Part shown: positions 39,132-48,429 of the stretch, one piece after another | How positions within the stretch are numbered: the stretch's first letter is position 1 | Layout: each line of letters begins with the position of its first letter | DNA from: a virus | IMG/VR virus record: IMGVR_UViG_2868238732_000001 | Span: 1 to 48,912 of that record | Strand: one strand, 5' to 3' | Length of the DNA: 48,912 nucleotides | Program-made: the position numbers and the translations under genes | The notes under the pieces: model-generated | What the model saw: the letters and a program-made list of their open reading frames with translations, nothing else | What the model was told of the DNA's origin: nothing | Databases searched by the model: none

Positions 39132-39189
39132 ATTTCCTCACTTCCTTTCTTAGAACAAAGAGAAGCCATATTTAAATAGCTTCTTCTTA

Positions 39190-39208
39190 TAATATTATTG
39201 TTTAATTG
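39190..39208 (-). promoter_or_regulatory. Phage motif copy 8 (before terminase genes)
   Basis: CAATTAAACAATAATATTA. Confidence 0.7.
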
Positions 39209-40725
39209 AAGACCACATCATGAATAAATATTCTTTTACCATCTTCATATACAAATAACTTCTGACCTGCTTTCGATGTAGCATATAAATTCTTAGCGTA
39301 AGAATCTACACCTGAGAAACTGCGACCTACAAACACTTCTACAGAATGAATTTCATCTGCCGTAGAATGATGAATATGACCACTATGAATTTCCATAGGC
39401 TTATCTATCATCATCGTTAAATCTTGAGCTATCTTAGATAATTTTCCTTTGTCGCCATGTGTCTCAAATATTTTAACTCCTGCAATATTTTTAACAATAA
39501 TTCCTTCATCATAAGTATTATCTTCAAAAATAACATTAGGTATATTTTTAAGCATAAGTTTTAAAGCAAAGTTAATTAGATATTCAAAATTCTCAGAGTC
39601 AATAGATTCAGAGCGTTGTGGTATCATACGTCCATGATTTCCAACTACATCAGTATAAATAACTTTATCAAATACCAATGAAAATTCAGTTAGCATCTTC
39701 CCCATTAATCTAGTGGCCAATTTAACCTGCTCTACTACGTCTATTTCGGATTCTAACCTTAAAGAAACGTGGATGAGACCATTAATCATATCCCCAAGAG
39801 AACTTACATGAAGTATGTTTACTCCAGTTTCAGCACAAAATTCAATAGTCTCTTTAGTTAATGCATCAAATCTTCTTTCAGCTTCTTGAACTGAATACTG
39901 ATTGAAATAATTATCTGTTTTAATACCCAAATGAGCATCCATAACATCTAATAATCCTTCTCTAATTTTCGGTCTTCTAATTATATCTATAGAATATTTA
40001 ACAGGCTCAATTCTAATATCATTTATTGATTTAGAGATCTTCTCAAATAAATAATCTTGTTTTCTATACTTACTTAGCTCAACTTCCATTTGTTTAATTT
40101 CTTCTTGCTGCAGTTTTAGGAAATACTTTTCTTTCCTGCGTTCCAAAGTTTCTGCTACTAAATCCCCTAATTTCTCCTCTTGAATATCTTCATCAAGATA
40201 GGGGACATCTGAGTGACAAATTGATAGACCTTGTTTAAGCAGCATAAAATCTCTTCTAGCAATATCCAATTTCCTACATAATTCATTAACTGTTAAAGGA
40301 GTTTTATCACAATATACCTCTTTTATTTTCTTAACCTTTTCCTTGTCAATTACGATACTTCGCTTTCTATTGTATATGTGAAATTTATCGCCCATATCTA
40401 CTACTTGAGTTCTATCTTCTTCATCAGTAAGATAAACTATGTTCTCCTGTTGAGGATTTGAAATACAAGATATTGCTTCAACTATATCTTGAGCACTCTG
40501 GCCTTCTTCTTGACCTTTAGCTAGAATATCTCTCCAGTTGTAGAGTCTTTTACGAGCCTCTGAGGAACTTAACTTTTCTCCAAAGACCAATTCATAAATT
40601 TCAATTTTATCTATGTCAATCTGCTTACTTTCTTTTAATTCCAATAACCTATTTAAATAAATTAGGAAATGTTCACCTTCTAACCTATCTACTAAATTTA
40701 TCTCTCCCATTATTTTCTCCTCCAC
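39202..40725 (-). CDS. Calcineurin-like metallophosphoesterase (SPbeta YonJ-like)
   Basis: DAHLG, LGDMING, GNHGR, THGD, GHIHH motifs. Confidence 0.85.
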   Translation of the reverse strand: MEEKIMGEINLVDRLEGEHFLIYLNRLLELKESKQIDIDKIEIYELVFGEKLSSSEARKRLYNWRDILAKGQEEGQSAQDIVEAISCISNPQQENIVYLTDEEDRTQVVDMGDKFHIYNRKRSIVIDKEKVKKIKEVYCDKTPLTVNELCRKLDIARRDFMLLKQGLSICHSDVPYLDEDIQEEKLGDLVAETLERRKEKYFLKLQQEEIKQMEVELSKYRKQDYLFEKISKSINDIRIEPVKYSIDIIRRPKIREGLLDVMDAHLGIKTDNYFNQYSVQEAERRFDALTKETIEFCAETGVNILHVSSLGDMINGLIHVSLRLESEIDVVEQVKLATRLMGKMLTEFSLVFDKVIYTDVVGNHGRMIPQRSESIDSENFEYLINFALKLMLKNIPNVIFEDNTYDEGIIVKNIAGVKIFETHGDKGKLSKIAQDLTMMIDKPMEIHSGHIHHSTADEIHSVEVFVGRSFSGVDSYAKNLYATSKAGQKLFVYEDGKRIFIHDVVFN

Positions 40726-40789
40726 TCCTTATAGTAAATAAGAAGATAGAGGAGGAGGTCTTCACGACAGGCTCAGTATCTTCTAATGA

Positions 40790-40984
40790 TTAAACTAATT
40801 CTTTATCTGAAATTTTAAAACTAAACGTTACTTCTTTCCCAATTAGCTCTGTTATTTCTTGAAGAGTTATTTTTGAATCTCCAGCTTTAGGGTCTCTAAA
40901 TAAAAAACCATCAGACGTAACCTCGATTAGCTTACCTACACCTTTGATGTCATAACCATTTGATTTTGTTCTTGAAACTGCCAT
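40790..40984 (-). CDS. YonK-like small protein (start MAVSR)
   Basis: GGAGG RBS before ATG 40984; ELIGKEVTFSFK resembles the YonK C-terminus; synteny between the yonO- and yonJ-like genes. Confidence 0.6.
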   Translation of the reverse strand: MAVSRTKSNGYDIKGVGKLIEVTSDGFLFRDPKAGDSKITLQEITELIGKEVTFSFKISDKELV

Positions 40985-41013
40985 TAATAATTCCTCCTTC
41001 AATCCTTTATTTA

Positions 41014-41035
41014 TAATATTATTGTTCTATTGTTA
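41014..41035 (-). promoter_or_regulatory. Phage motif copy 9 (before yonK-like)
   Basis: TAACAATAGAACAATAATATTA. Confidence 0.75.
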
Positions 41036-41134
41036 TTAAAAAAATATATGTGGTATGAGACAGGACTAAGCCTGTCCACATTAACCACCTCTGTATTATC
41101 TAAGCCCATTTAAAAGTCGGAGCTCTAAGACTTA

Positions 41135-41154
41135 TAACATTATTGTTTAATTGT
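41135..41154 (-). promoter_or_regulatory. Phage motif copy 10 (before short structured region)
   Basis: ACAATTAAACAATAATGTTA. Confidence 0.7.
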
Positions 41155-41259
41155 ATTATAAAAAATAAATTTTATAATACTACCATATACAAGGTTTTAG
41201 CTCAACCGACGGGGCATTGGTATCACTGGCTTTAACCGGTGTTTGAAAATAAAAAGCCA

Positions 41260-43947
41260 CTAATTCATGTCTTTTCTTATAATTTTTTGGTAATTACCTC
41301 CAAATATTTCATAGTCACACTCATCATTAATTTTTATTAAAACTTCATCCATGTCCATATTATCCTTTTTAAAACATTTTAGAAGTTGAAGCTTTTTAGA
41401 AGAATATAGTAGATTTAGTGTAAGCATTCCGTATTTTTTGAAGTCTAAACCGCTTTTGTCTCCAAAACATTGTTTTAATATATATAACATCGTATAGTCA
41501 TTAGGCTTTAAATCTTTTAATAATTTAATAGCTTCATGTTTTGATTTTTTTTCAACAGTTTTTTTAGCCTTATCGTTTAGTTTACATGTCTTTATTCTGA
41601 GTCCATTGATCTTTTTACCACAACATTCTATTATTTTATAAATAGCATCAACACTTGAATAGCTACATTTACCTTCTACCTCTTTGAGTTTCACTAATAA
41701 ATCAATAAACTCTAGGTGTTTTTCTCCTTTAACTCTCTTAGCTCCTTTAAATACTATAACATCCTGGAGTATATCTAAGGGCGTATTGAACTTCTCAAAT
41801 ATTCTATAATCATTGCATTCTGAAACCATACTAAAGAAATTTGGTACTATCATTTTGCTAGCAGTCTCATCATATTTATCTTTCTCTTCCTTATATCTTA
41901 TATATGGTATCTGCCTTATCCTATTGAGTTCTTTGCTCATACTTATATTGTCAAATACTTTTTTACTCTTATCTATCTCTATTTGACTCATACTAGATAA
42001 TCTACTACTTGCTTGGTATAACTCGTTTATTGTATCTTCGGATTCCCCTTTTGAAATAGCATCATTTAGATAAGAATTGATTATCTGGGACGTGTTTACT
42101 ATTCTACCTATATAATTATTACTTAATATAACATCTAGTTTCTGTAGCTCTATCATATTATTTTTTCTTGGCTTGGAACTACCTTTAACTTTATTAATTG
42201 GCGTTGCAAAATTCTTTTCACAATACTTGGCCTTTTCAACTAAGATAGGGTGGGGGATAACTAAATTTGTATCACTATCAGTATCTTCTCCCTGGAGACG
42301 ATCGGGCATATCGTTGTCAAAAAAATTCACGGCCATGATATTATCAGTAAAGTTAAACCACTTATATTCATCGTGATTTACATTTTTAGAACACATAACA
42401 TTACCAGCATTTATATGGGGGTTACGTGACACGCAAAATTCTTGTCCTTCATTATAATACTGACACCAGACTTCTCTGCCGTTCATTATAGATTTATCTT
42501 TATACTGCCCTATACAAGCCAGTAGCATCTCATATGGATTAGATACTATAGTCACGTACTTTGTATCCTTGAGCCTTATCTTACCCTCTTTTAAATGACT
42601 AATATAGTTAGATATCAAGTCACTCTTAAGCTTTTTGAAGGTCTTAGTATACTGGATATCAGAGTTTACTAATAATAAGGCATTCATAAGCTCTGTATTT
42701 TCGTATAAACTAACATCATCTTTGTCCATATTTTTTTCGAGTTTTAAACTTAATTTTGCATCGCAGCCTAAGTAATTCCTGAACACGGCAAAATCATTTT
42801 TTAATAGCATAACGTAATCTCTTTCCAATTTTGTTATAACTACTAGTTCATCATAAGTTAAATTAGGAATACTATTTAAAAGCTGATAAGTAGTCCTATT
42901 ATAGTTTCCATAGTTGCCTTCCTTGTCGCATTTTACTACTCCGAAGATATTGTCTATATTCTCTTTCCAATATTCAAAACACTCTTTGTCAGTGCTTTTG
43001 CCAATTTTATAAGCAAATTTTAGTATTTTCAGAGAGTTAGGAGTTGTTATTAGCTTAATCTTACTTGAATCATAATCATTCCCATACATATCTTTTATAG
43101 TCGTTATTCCATTTTCAATAAACCATTCCTGTAATTTAGTATTAAAACCGCAACATTTTAGAAAATCAGTCCTTAATAGCATAAATCCTTTATCGGCCTT
43201 ATCATATTTTTTAAAGAGTGATTCATCGAGTAATCCTTGGCCATCTGTTAAACAGTTCTGAATATCTACTATCTCATTATTAGTAGTTATTACTTTCTCT
43301 TCTTCTTTTGTCACACTTGCCAAACTTTTAAATTTCTCTCCATATATATCTTCTATTATTAATATTTCAGTTTTAGGATCTAATTCAATTGTAAAATCTA
43401 TTCCAGAAGATATTAGTGATTCATAGGCAAGCAGAGAAGTTAAGTCTAGCAGTTCATCAATCTCAAATTTTAAACCTAGTCTGCTCCTATTTATTAATGT
43501 CTCTTTCATATCTTCCTGTATATATAAGGCAAACCCATTTTTAGCTTTTCCGGCTCCTCTCTTATAAAATATATAGCGAAAGCCGTCCATTATAAATCCT
43601 TTCTCATAGATATATTTCCTTATTTTCTTTTTGCTTGCCGCTATCCTTCTTTTTCCTTTTCTCTTATTGCCATTTTTATCTTCCCATTCTTCATTTTCGT
43701 CCCATGTGGTATAGTTTTTATCAAAAGTTAAATTTATTATTTTCTTAGTATATTGCTTATTATTTACAGTATAAAAACTATCTGGGAATATATTACTTAT
43801 CCTTATTGATTCTAAGCTGTAGGGAATAGTGGCTGAAAATAATTTAGCCAAATCCCTATTCTTAGAAGTTGTTTCTTTGTCTTCCATTATATCTTTATAG
43901 ATATAACAAGATTCTAAGTTCATAATATAAGCATTTTCCTTTTTCAT
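41260..43947 (-). CDS. yonO: YonO-like single-subunit double-psi-barrel DNA-dependent RNA polymerase
   Basis: TDGQGL, YQLLNS, SRNPH, catalytic RLQGEDTDSD, IGRIVNTSQ, SQIEIDKSKK; SPbeta-like synteny. Confidence 0.88.
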   Translation of the reverse strand: MKKENAYIMNLESCYIYKDIMEDKETTSKNRDLAKLFSATIPYSLESIRISNIFPDSFYTVNNKQYTKKIINLTFDKNYTTWDENEEWEDKNGNKRKGKRRIAASKKKIRKYIYEKGFIMDGFRYIFYKRGAGKAKNGFALYIQEDMKETLINRSRLGLKFEIDELLDLTSLLAYESLISSGIDFTIELDPKTEILIIEDIYGEKFKSLASVTKEEEKVITTNNEIVDIQNCLTDGQGLLDESLFKKYDKADKGFMLLRTDFLKCCGFNTKLQEWFIENGITTIKDMYGNDYDSSKIKLITTPNSLKILKFAYKIGKSTDKECFEYWKENIDNIFGVVKCDKEGNYGNYNRTTYQLLNSIPNLTYDELVVITKLERDYVMLLKNDFAVFRNYLGCDAKLSLKLEKNMDKDDVSLYENTELMNALLLVNSDIQYTKTFKKLKSDLISNYISHLKEGKIRLKDTKYVTIVSNPYEMLLACIGQYKDKSIMNGREVWCQYYNEGQEFCVSRNPHINAGNVMCSKNVNHDEYKWFNFTDNIMAVNFFDNDMPDRLQGEDTDSDTNLVIPHPILVEKAKYCEKNFATPINKVKGSSKPRKNNMIELQKLDVILSNNYIGRIVNTSQIINSYLNDAISKGESEDTINELYQASSRLSSMSQIEIDKSKKVFDNISMSKELNRIRQIPYIRYKEEKDKYDETASKMIVPNFFSMVSECNDYRIFEKFNTPLDILQDVIVFKGAKRVKGEKHLEFIDLLVKLKEVEGKCSYSSVDAIYKIIECCGKKINGLRIKTCKLNDKAKKTVEKKSKHEAIKLLKDLKPNDYTMLYILKQCFGDKSGLDFKKYGMLTLNLLYSSKKLQLLKCFKKDNMDMDEVLIKINDECDYEIFGGNYQKIIRKDMN

Positions 43948-43970
43948 AGTTATTCCTCCTATCCCTTGAT

Positions 43971-44216
43971 TTAATCAGCTAAGTCTGGGTCACATTCTAT
44001 CATGGCTTCCAAGATACAATCATCTATTCCGCAAATTGTATCTTCTATGTGGATTAATAATTCGTCATGCTCCGTATATGTTAATTCTCCATTAATTTTC
44101 AATGATTCAAGCTCCAATAAAAAAGTTTGCTTATCTCCTTCAAAATATAGATGTAACTCTTCATTTTCAATTCGATTATATAATTCTTCAACTAATTTGC
44201 TGCTCAATAAAATCAC
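43971..44216 (-). CDS. Small highly acidic hypothetical protein
   Basis: 81 aa; about 22 D/E versus 4 K/R by hand count. Confidence 0.7.
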   Translation of the reverse strand: MILLSSKLVEELYNRIENEELHLYFEGDKQTFLLELESLKINGELTYTEHDELLIHIEDTICGIDDCILEAMIECDPDLAD

Positions 44217-44222
44217 TCCTTA

Positions 44223-44244
44223 TAACATTATTGTTATATTGTTA
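44223..44244 (-). promoter_or_regulatory. Phage motif copy 11 (before acidic ORF and yonO-like gene)
   Basis: TAACAATATAACAATAATGTTA. Confidence 0.7.
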
Positions 44245-44490
44245 ACCAAATAACTTTTTCTCCAGCTCCATCAATCTTTCTTTACTTATATGAAAACTAC
44301 CATTATCAATATAATTACCTTCTCTTTTCAGCCTATCAATCTCACTATGACAAGGGCACCCTAGCTCTACGTTCCCCAAATTAGTGGCTTCTCTACCTTC
44401 TGCTTTTGAAGGTCTGTTGCATGTCATAATATCGCTCTTAAAACTTCCTCTTCTGTAATTGCAATTTCCACAATTTTTAACGTTCTTCAT
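44242..44490 (-). CDS. Small Cys-rich hypothetical protein
   Basis: CGNC...C...CPCH; overlaps upstream ORF. Confidence 0.65.
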   Translation of the reverse strand: MKNVKNCGNCNYRRGSFKSDIMTCNRPSKAEGREATNLGNVELGCPCHSEIDRLKREGNYIDNGSFHISKERLMELEKKLFG

Positions 44491-44791
44491 TTTCGTTAAC
44501 CTCGATTTCGCTTATCTCTAAGAGATTCGTCATTTTAGATATCTCAGTCTTGAGTTCTGCTAATTTTTCGATTATTACTTTTAAGTCATCATTATCTAAA
44601 ACAATCTGATCACATATAGCATTTAAGGCATTTTTAAGCTTTGTATAATAGCCAATGTCTTCAAATGACTCTTTGCCTATATTCTCAGGCTTTGTCATCC
44701 TACCCGCCTGTACTATCTTTTTCTTCTGAACGATAAACTGTCTATCGTCTGTTTCTATTTGAAAGTTACCATTTCCTAGTTGAATTTTCAT
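44477..44791 (-). CDS. Hypothetical phage protein (DUF5405-like)
   Basis: GGAGG RBS; D.RQFIV, IGYYTKL.NAL pattern. Confidence 0.7.
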   Translation of the reverse strand: MKIQLGNGNFQIETDDRQFIVQKKKIVQAGRMTKPENIGKESFEDIGYYTKLKNALNAICDQIVLDNDDLKVIIEKLAELKTEISKMTNLLEISEIEVNENEER

Positions 44792-44930
44792 ATTAATAAT
44801 TCCTCCTCTTGATTTTTGGTATCCTGTACCTTTGATACAGTGATTTTAACTTGTCCAATACAATTACACCTAAAAACTCTTTACGTTGCTCTGAGGGGTT
44901 CATATGGCTCTCGAAACAACATCATATACA

Positions 44931-44949
44931 TAACGGTATTGTTTAATTG
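44931..44949 (-). promoter_or_regulatory. Phage motif copy 12 (before 104-aa ORF)
   Basis: CAATTAAACAATACCGTTA (variant). Confidence 0.6.
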
Positions 44950-44969
44950 ACAAGGACTACAGAAAATAT

Positions 44970-46736
44970 TTATTTATTGAAGTATTGATCTACAAAGACA
45001 TTTCCAGTTGATATTTGTGAAATGTAAAGCTTTTGGATACTTCTTGTTACGGCTACATAAAATAATCTGGCCTCTTCTTCTACAGAACTTGCTCGTTCAT
45101 GTGGGAAATCTCCCGTTTTTACACCCACAAGAAATACTGTATGAAATTCTAGTCCCTTCACTCGATGGATGCTCATTAACCTAACTCCCTCAGCTTTCTT
45201 TTTCTTTGGAGCATTATCAGCATTGGCATATTCTAAAAATCCTTTTAAAGTATTTCCTTTTACAAAAGACTTAAGAACCTCTATTGAAGCAATTCTTTCC
45301 TTTTGCTCGTCATAGTTAGGGTACTTTTCTTTAATAAATTTTTCCATGCCAAATATTTTAACAACATTATCTATTAATTTTTCAACTGCAATTCCTTTAT
45401 CTTTCTGCATAACTAGTCTTGTGATATTGTTATGAAATTCAGTTATACCTCTTTGCTGCCAAACATTAGGTAGTTTTAAGTCAATAAATGTTTCATACAT
45501 AGATTTATCATTTTTACCGGCCTGTTTCCTTACATCTTCTAATACAGAACCTGCCATGAATTTCAACGGTTCATTCCGAAGTGAGAATACATCTATAAAG
45601 GCTCCATCGGTGTGAACGTTATCTACAAGCTGTAAATACCCAAGCAGTCCTTTAATCTCTTTTCGTTTAAAAAACGACGAATCATTAGAAATATCATAAG
45701 GAATTTTTCGCTTACGTAATTCTGCTTCGAGAAACTCACTATTTTTGTTGAGCCTATAAATTATACTAATGTCGTTAGGGTCTCTACCGTCAGCAATCAT
45801 CTTCTCAATTTTATCAGCCACTTTTAAAGATTCTTCCTGTGAGTTCTGATTAGATATTAACCCTATGATTCCATTCTCTTGATTGTTTGCTATACTGTCA
45901 GCATAATGAGAATAGTTTTTAAAGTAGGGCTTAATGAAATTGTTACTTTTCTCTACAATATTCTTGCAAGACCTATAATTTGTATCAAGATTTAGTACCT
46001 TTGCCCCTGAGAACTCTTTATCAAAATTCAGAAAAAAACTAGGATTAGATCCTCTGAACCCATAAATCGACTGTCTAGCATCTCCAATTACCATTAAGTT
46101 CTTATCAGATATTAACTTTAGCATCTGAATATTTAAGTCGTTAGAATCTTGTACCTCATCAGCAATAACAAATTTATACTTTATAGGATGCTTCCTTAAT
46201 TCTTTTAAAGCTAGTAATATCCAGTCTTCAAAGTCATAAGCACATTCCTTGTTTTTTTCTTTTTCATATTCTTTAAAAAACACTCTTAGTTGTTGATCTT
46301 CATAGTCGGAGTCTTTATATACAAACTCATCCTCGAATGTTCTACCGTGGTTCTTTTGGAAACCTATCCATGACAAAATTGATTCTGTATCAGCATCTTT
46401 AGCTATTTTCTTAAAGCAATTGTCAACTTTCCATAAAGGTAAAGTTTTAGATACACTAATCCCTGAATTACTCAAAATCATTGCCGAAAGTGAGTGAAAA
46501 GTGTGGACTGGAATAAAAGATAAACCCAATCCACTTAGTTTTTTCTTTAAACTATCCACCGCTGCTCTAGTAAAACTAATAACTATAATGTCTCTTTCAC
46601 TTTCACCTAGATTCCTTACTAGATAATTAATATGTTCTACTAGTGAACTAGTTTTGCCAGACCCGGCCGCTGCAGATGCACAAATATACCCTTCATTTGA
46701 TTTTATAATTGATTTTTGTTGCTCATTAAATTCCAT
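44970..46736 (-). CDS. UvrD/PcrA-family SF1 helicase
   Basis: AAAGSGKT, TFHS, DEVQD, GDARQSIYGFRG, NYRS, KGLEF, EEARLFYVAVTR. Confidence 0.95.
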   Translation of the reverse strand: MEFNEQQKSIIKSNEGYICASAAAGSGKTSSLVEHINYLVRNLGESERDIIVISFTRAAVDSLKKKLSGLGLSFIPVHTFHSLSAMILSNSGISVSKTLPLWKVDNCFKKIAKDADTESILSWIGFQKNHGRTFEDEFVYKDSDYEDQQLRVFFKEYEKEKNKECAYDFEDWILLALKELRKHPIKYKFVIADEVQDSNDLNIQMLKLISDKNLMVIGDARQSIYGFRGSNPSFFLNFDKEFSGAKVLNLDTNYRSCKNIVEKSNNFIKPYFKNYSHYADSIANNQENGIIGLISNQNSQEESLKVADKIEKMIADGRDPNDISIIYRLNKNSEFLEAELRKRKIPYDISNDSSFFKRKEIKGLLGYLQLVDNVHTDGAFIDVFSLRNEPLKFMAGSVLEDVRKQAGKNDKSMYETFIDLKLPNVWQQRGITEFHNNITRLVMQKDKGIAVEKLIDNVVKIFGMEKFIKEKYPNYDEQKERIASIEVLKSFVKGNTLKGFLEYANADNAPKKKKAEGVRLMSIHRVKGLEFHTVFLVGVKTGDFPHERASSVEEEARLFYVAVTRSIQKLYISQISTGNVFVDQYFNK

Positions 46737-46754
46737 TAATAAATTCCTCCTTTA

Positions 46755-46815
46755 TAATGTTATTATTCTATTGTTGTTAATATGTCTATATTACAATAGT
46801 ATTGTTCTATTGTCA
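46755..46815 (-). promoter_or_regulatory. Phage motif copies 13 and 14, tandem (before UvrD)
   Basis: TGACAATAGAACAATACTATTG (46794-46815) and AACAATAGAATAATAACATTA (46755-46775). Confidence 0.6.
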
Positions 46816-46816
46816 A

Positions 46817-48406
46817 TTAAAAGTTTCTTAATTGTGATTTAATTGAATTAGCTGTAAAATATTTATGACAATCAAATTTGTTCTTTGCCCAAGGTACGTA
46901 TTTTTTCTGATTCTCCGTAGCGTTGTCAAATTTCCATCCAGCATCCTTATAAGCAAAGCTCTTGGGATTTTTTATACTCTCTTCTGTGGCTTTTATGGCA
47001 TCTATAATATTTTCAAAAGCATCTACAAACTCTACACTTTTATTACCTTTTTCTGTGACAACCTTATAGATTAAAAATTCACCGTCTCCAGATTCAATCG
47101 CTAGGTGATGATCTGATGATTCTGATACCGCGTAAATACTGGGTGTACACCTAAACCAATCATAAGAAACCTCAGCAAAGGCCAACTTCATTTCCTTGTT
47201 AAATAATTTAATTTGTTTTGCAATTATTTCTAAATTTTCTATTCTCTCTAATTCTACCTTTTCTCTTTCTACTCTAACTGCCTCAGCCTCATTCTTTTTA
47301 TCCTCTAATGCTTCAGATAATTTCTGACCATTCTTGAAGTTAACATCAAACATATTATCCATGTCCATAATGTCATGCGATGAACTTGCATCTTTGAAAT
47401 CTATAAGCAGACCATCTTCTTTTCCTTCTGATAATCTCAACATTCTTCCTAATATTTGACAAAATAGAATTTTACTCTTAGTTGGCCTCGCTAGAATAAT
47501 TGCATCCAATGGAGGAAAGTCATATCCTGTAGTGAGAATAGCAACATTGCATAATACTTTTATAACTCCAGTCTCAAACTTATTTATAATATTTGTTCTT
47601 TCTTCCCTAGATAGTGTGGAATCTATACTACCACAACTTATTCCATTTCTTTGAAACTCTGCAGCTAAATTGACACTATGCTCAATACCTGCACAGTAAA
47701 CAACTGTATATTTTCTATCAATTGCAATTTTCTTATAGGCCTTTACAATTAAATCATTTCTTTCTGAGTTATCTACACATAATTCTAGCTGACGCTGATT
47801 AAATTCACCAGCAACAGTTTTAACTCCAGCAAGACTTGTTTTAGTAGAAACTTGGATAACCTTTGGTTCACACAAATATTTTTCTTCAATCATTGTTAGA
47901 ATATCTCTAGTATAAATTCTATTGCTAAAAACAGAGGACAAATCTTTACTCCAGGGTGTTGCTGTGAATGCAATTACTTTTGCCTTAGAACAATCCATCT
48001 GAGAGAGTATCTTATCAATTTGACCAGTTGCATTATGAACCTCATCTATAATAATCTTAGTGAAATTCCCATGTTCTAGCATTCTTTCTATCCTCGTAGA
48101 CTTCTTATGTGAAAGGGATTGTCTAGTAGCAATGCAAATTTTATTGGATACTTCATTTACATTTGCTTGAATCAATCCTATATCTAACGTAGGATCTAAA
48201 TTTAGCAGTTTATCTCGAGCCTGGCATTTTAATTCATCACTAGGAACTATTATTAATGAACGACCTTCATTATTTGCTACTACATTAGAAAAAATTTGAG
48301 TTTTGCCTGAAGCAGTAGGGAGTACAACTAATCCTCTTTCTCCTAATGGGAGTTTATTAATTGCATCTACACATTCTAATTGATATGGTCTGAGTGTAAT
48401 TTTCAT
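46817..48406 (-). CDS. SF2 DExH helicase (RadD/IRC3-like)
   Basis: LRPYQ, PTASGKT, DEVH, TAT, LTTGYDFP, QILGRMLR. Confidence 0.93.
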   Translation of the reverse strand: MKITLRPYQLECVDAINKLPLGERGLVVLPTASGKTQIFSNVVANNEGRSLIIVPSDELKCQARDKLLNLDPTLDIGLIQANVNEVSNKICIATRQSLSHKKSTRIERMLEHGNFTKIIIDEVHNATGQIDKILSQMDCSKAKVIAFTATPWSKDLSSVFSNRIYTRDILTMIEEKYLCEPKVIQVSTKTSLAGVKTVAGEFNQRQLELCVDNSERNDLIVKAYKKIAIDRKYTVVYCAGIEHSVNLAAEFQRNGISCGSIDSTLSREERTNIINKFETGVIKVLCNVAILTTGYDFPPLDAIILARPTKSKILFCQILGRMLRLSEGKEDGLLIDFKDASSSHDIMDMDNMFDVNFKNGQKLSEALEDKKNEAEAVRVEREKVELERIENLEIIAKQIKLFNKEMKLAFAEVSYDWFRCTPSIYAVSESSDHHLAIESGDGEFLIYKVVTEKGNKSVEFVDAFENIIDAIKATEESIKNPKSFAYKDAGWKFDNATENQKKYVPWAKNKFDCHKYFTANSIKSQLRNF

Positions 48407-48429
48407 ATTTTTATATACCTTCTTTCCTA

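Noticed and set aside
41160-41259. GC-richer patch after the polymerase gene as an att site or RNA gene
   Set aside because: No matching second copy or convincing fold found by eye
36463-46736. Inteins or introns in terminase, polymerase or helicase
   Set aside because: Frames are continuous, lengths are ordinary and no splice-junction motifs were noticed
5878-47074. Many plus-strand ORFs antisense to phage genes, plus 26..220, 2467..2808, 33782..33994 and 37838..38026
   Set aside because: Shadow ORFs overlapping well-supported genes, with no recognisable motifs
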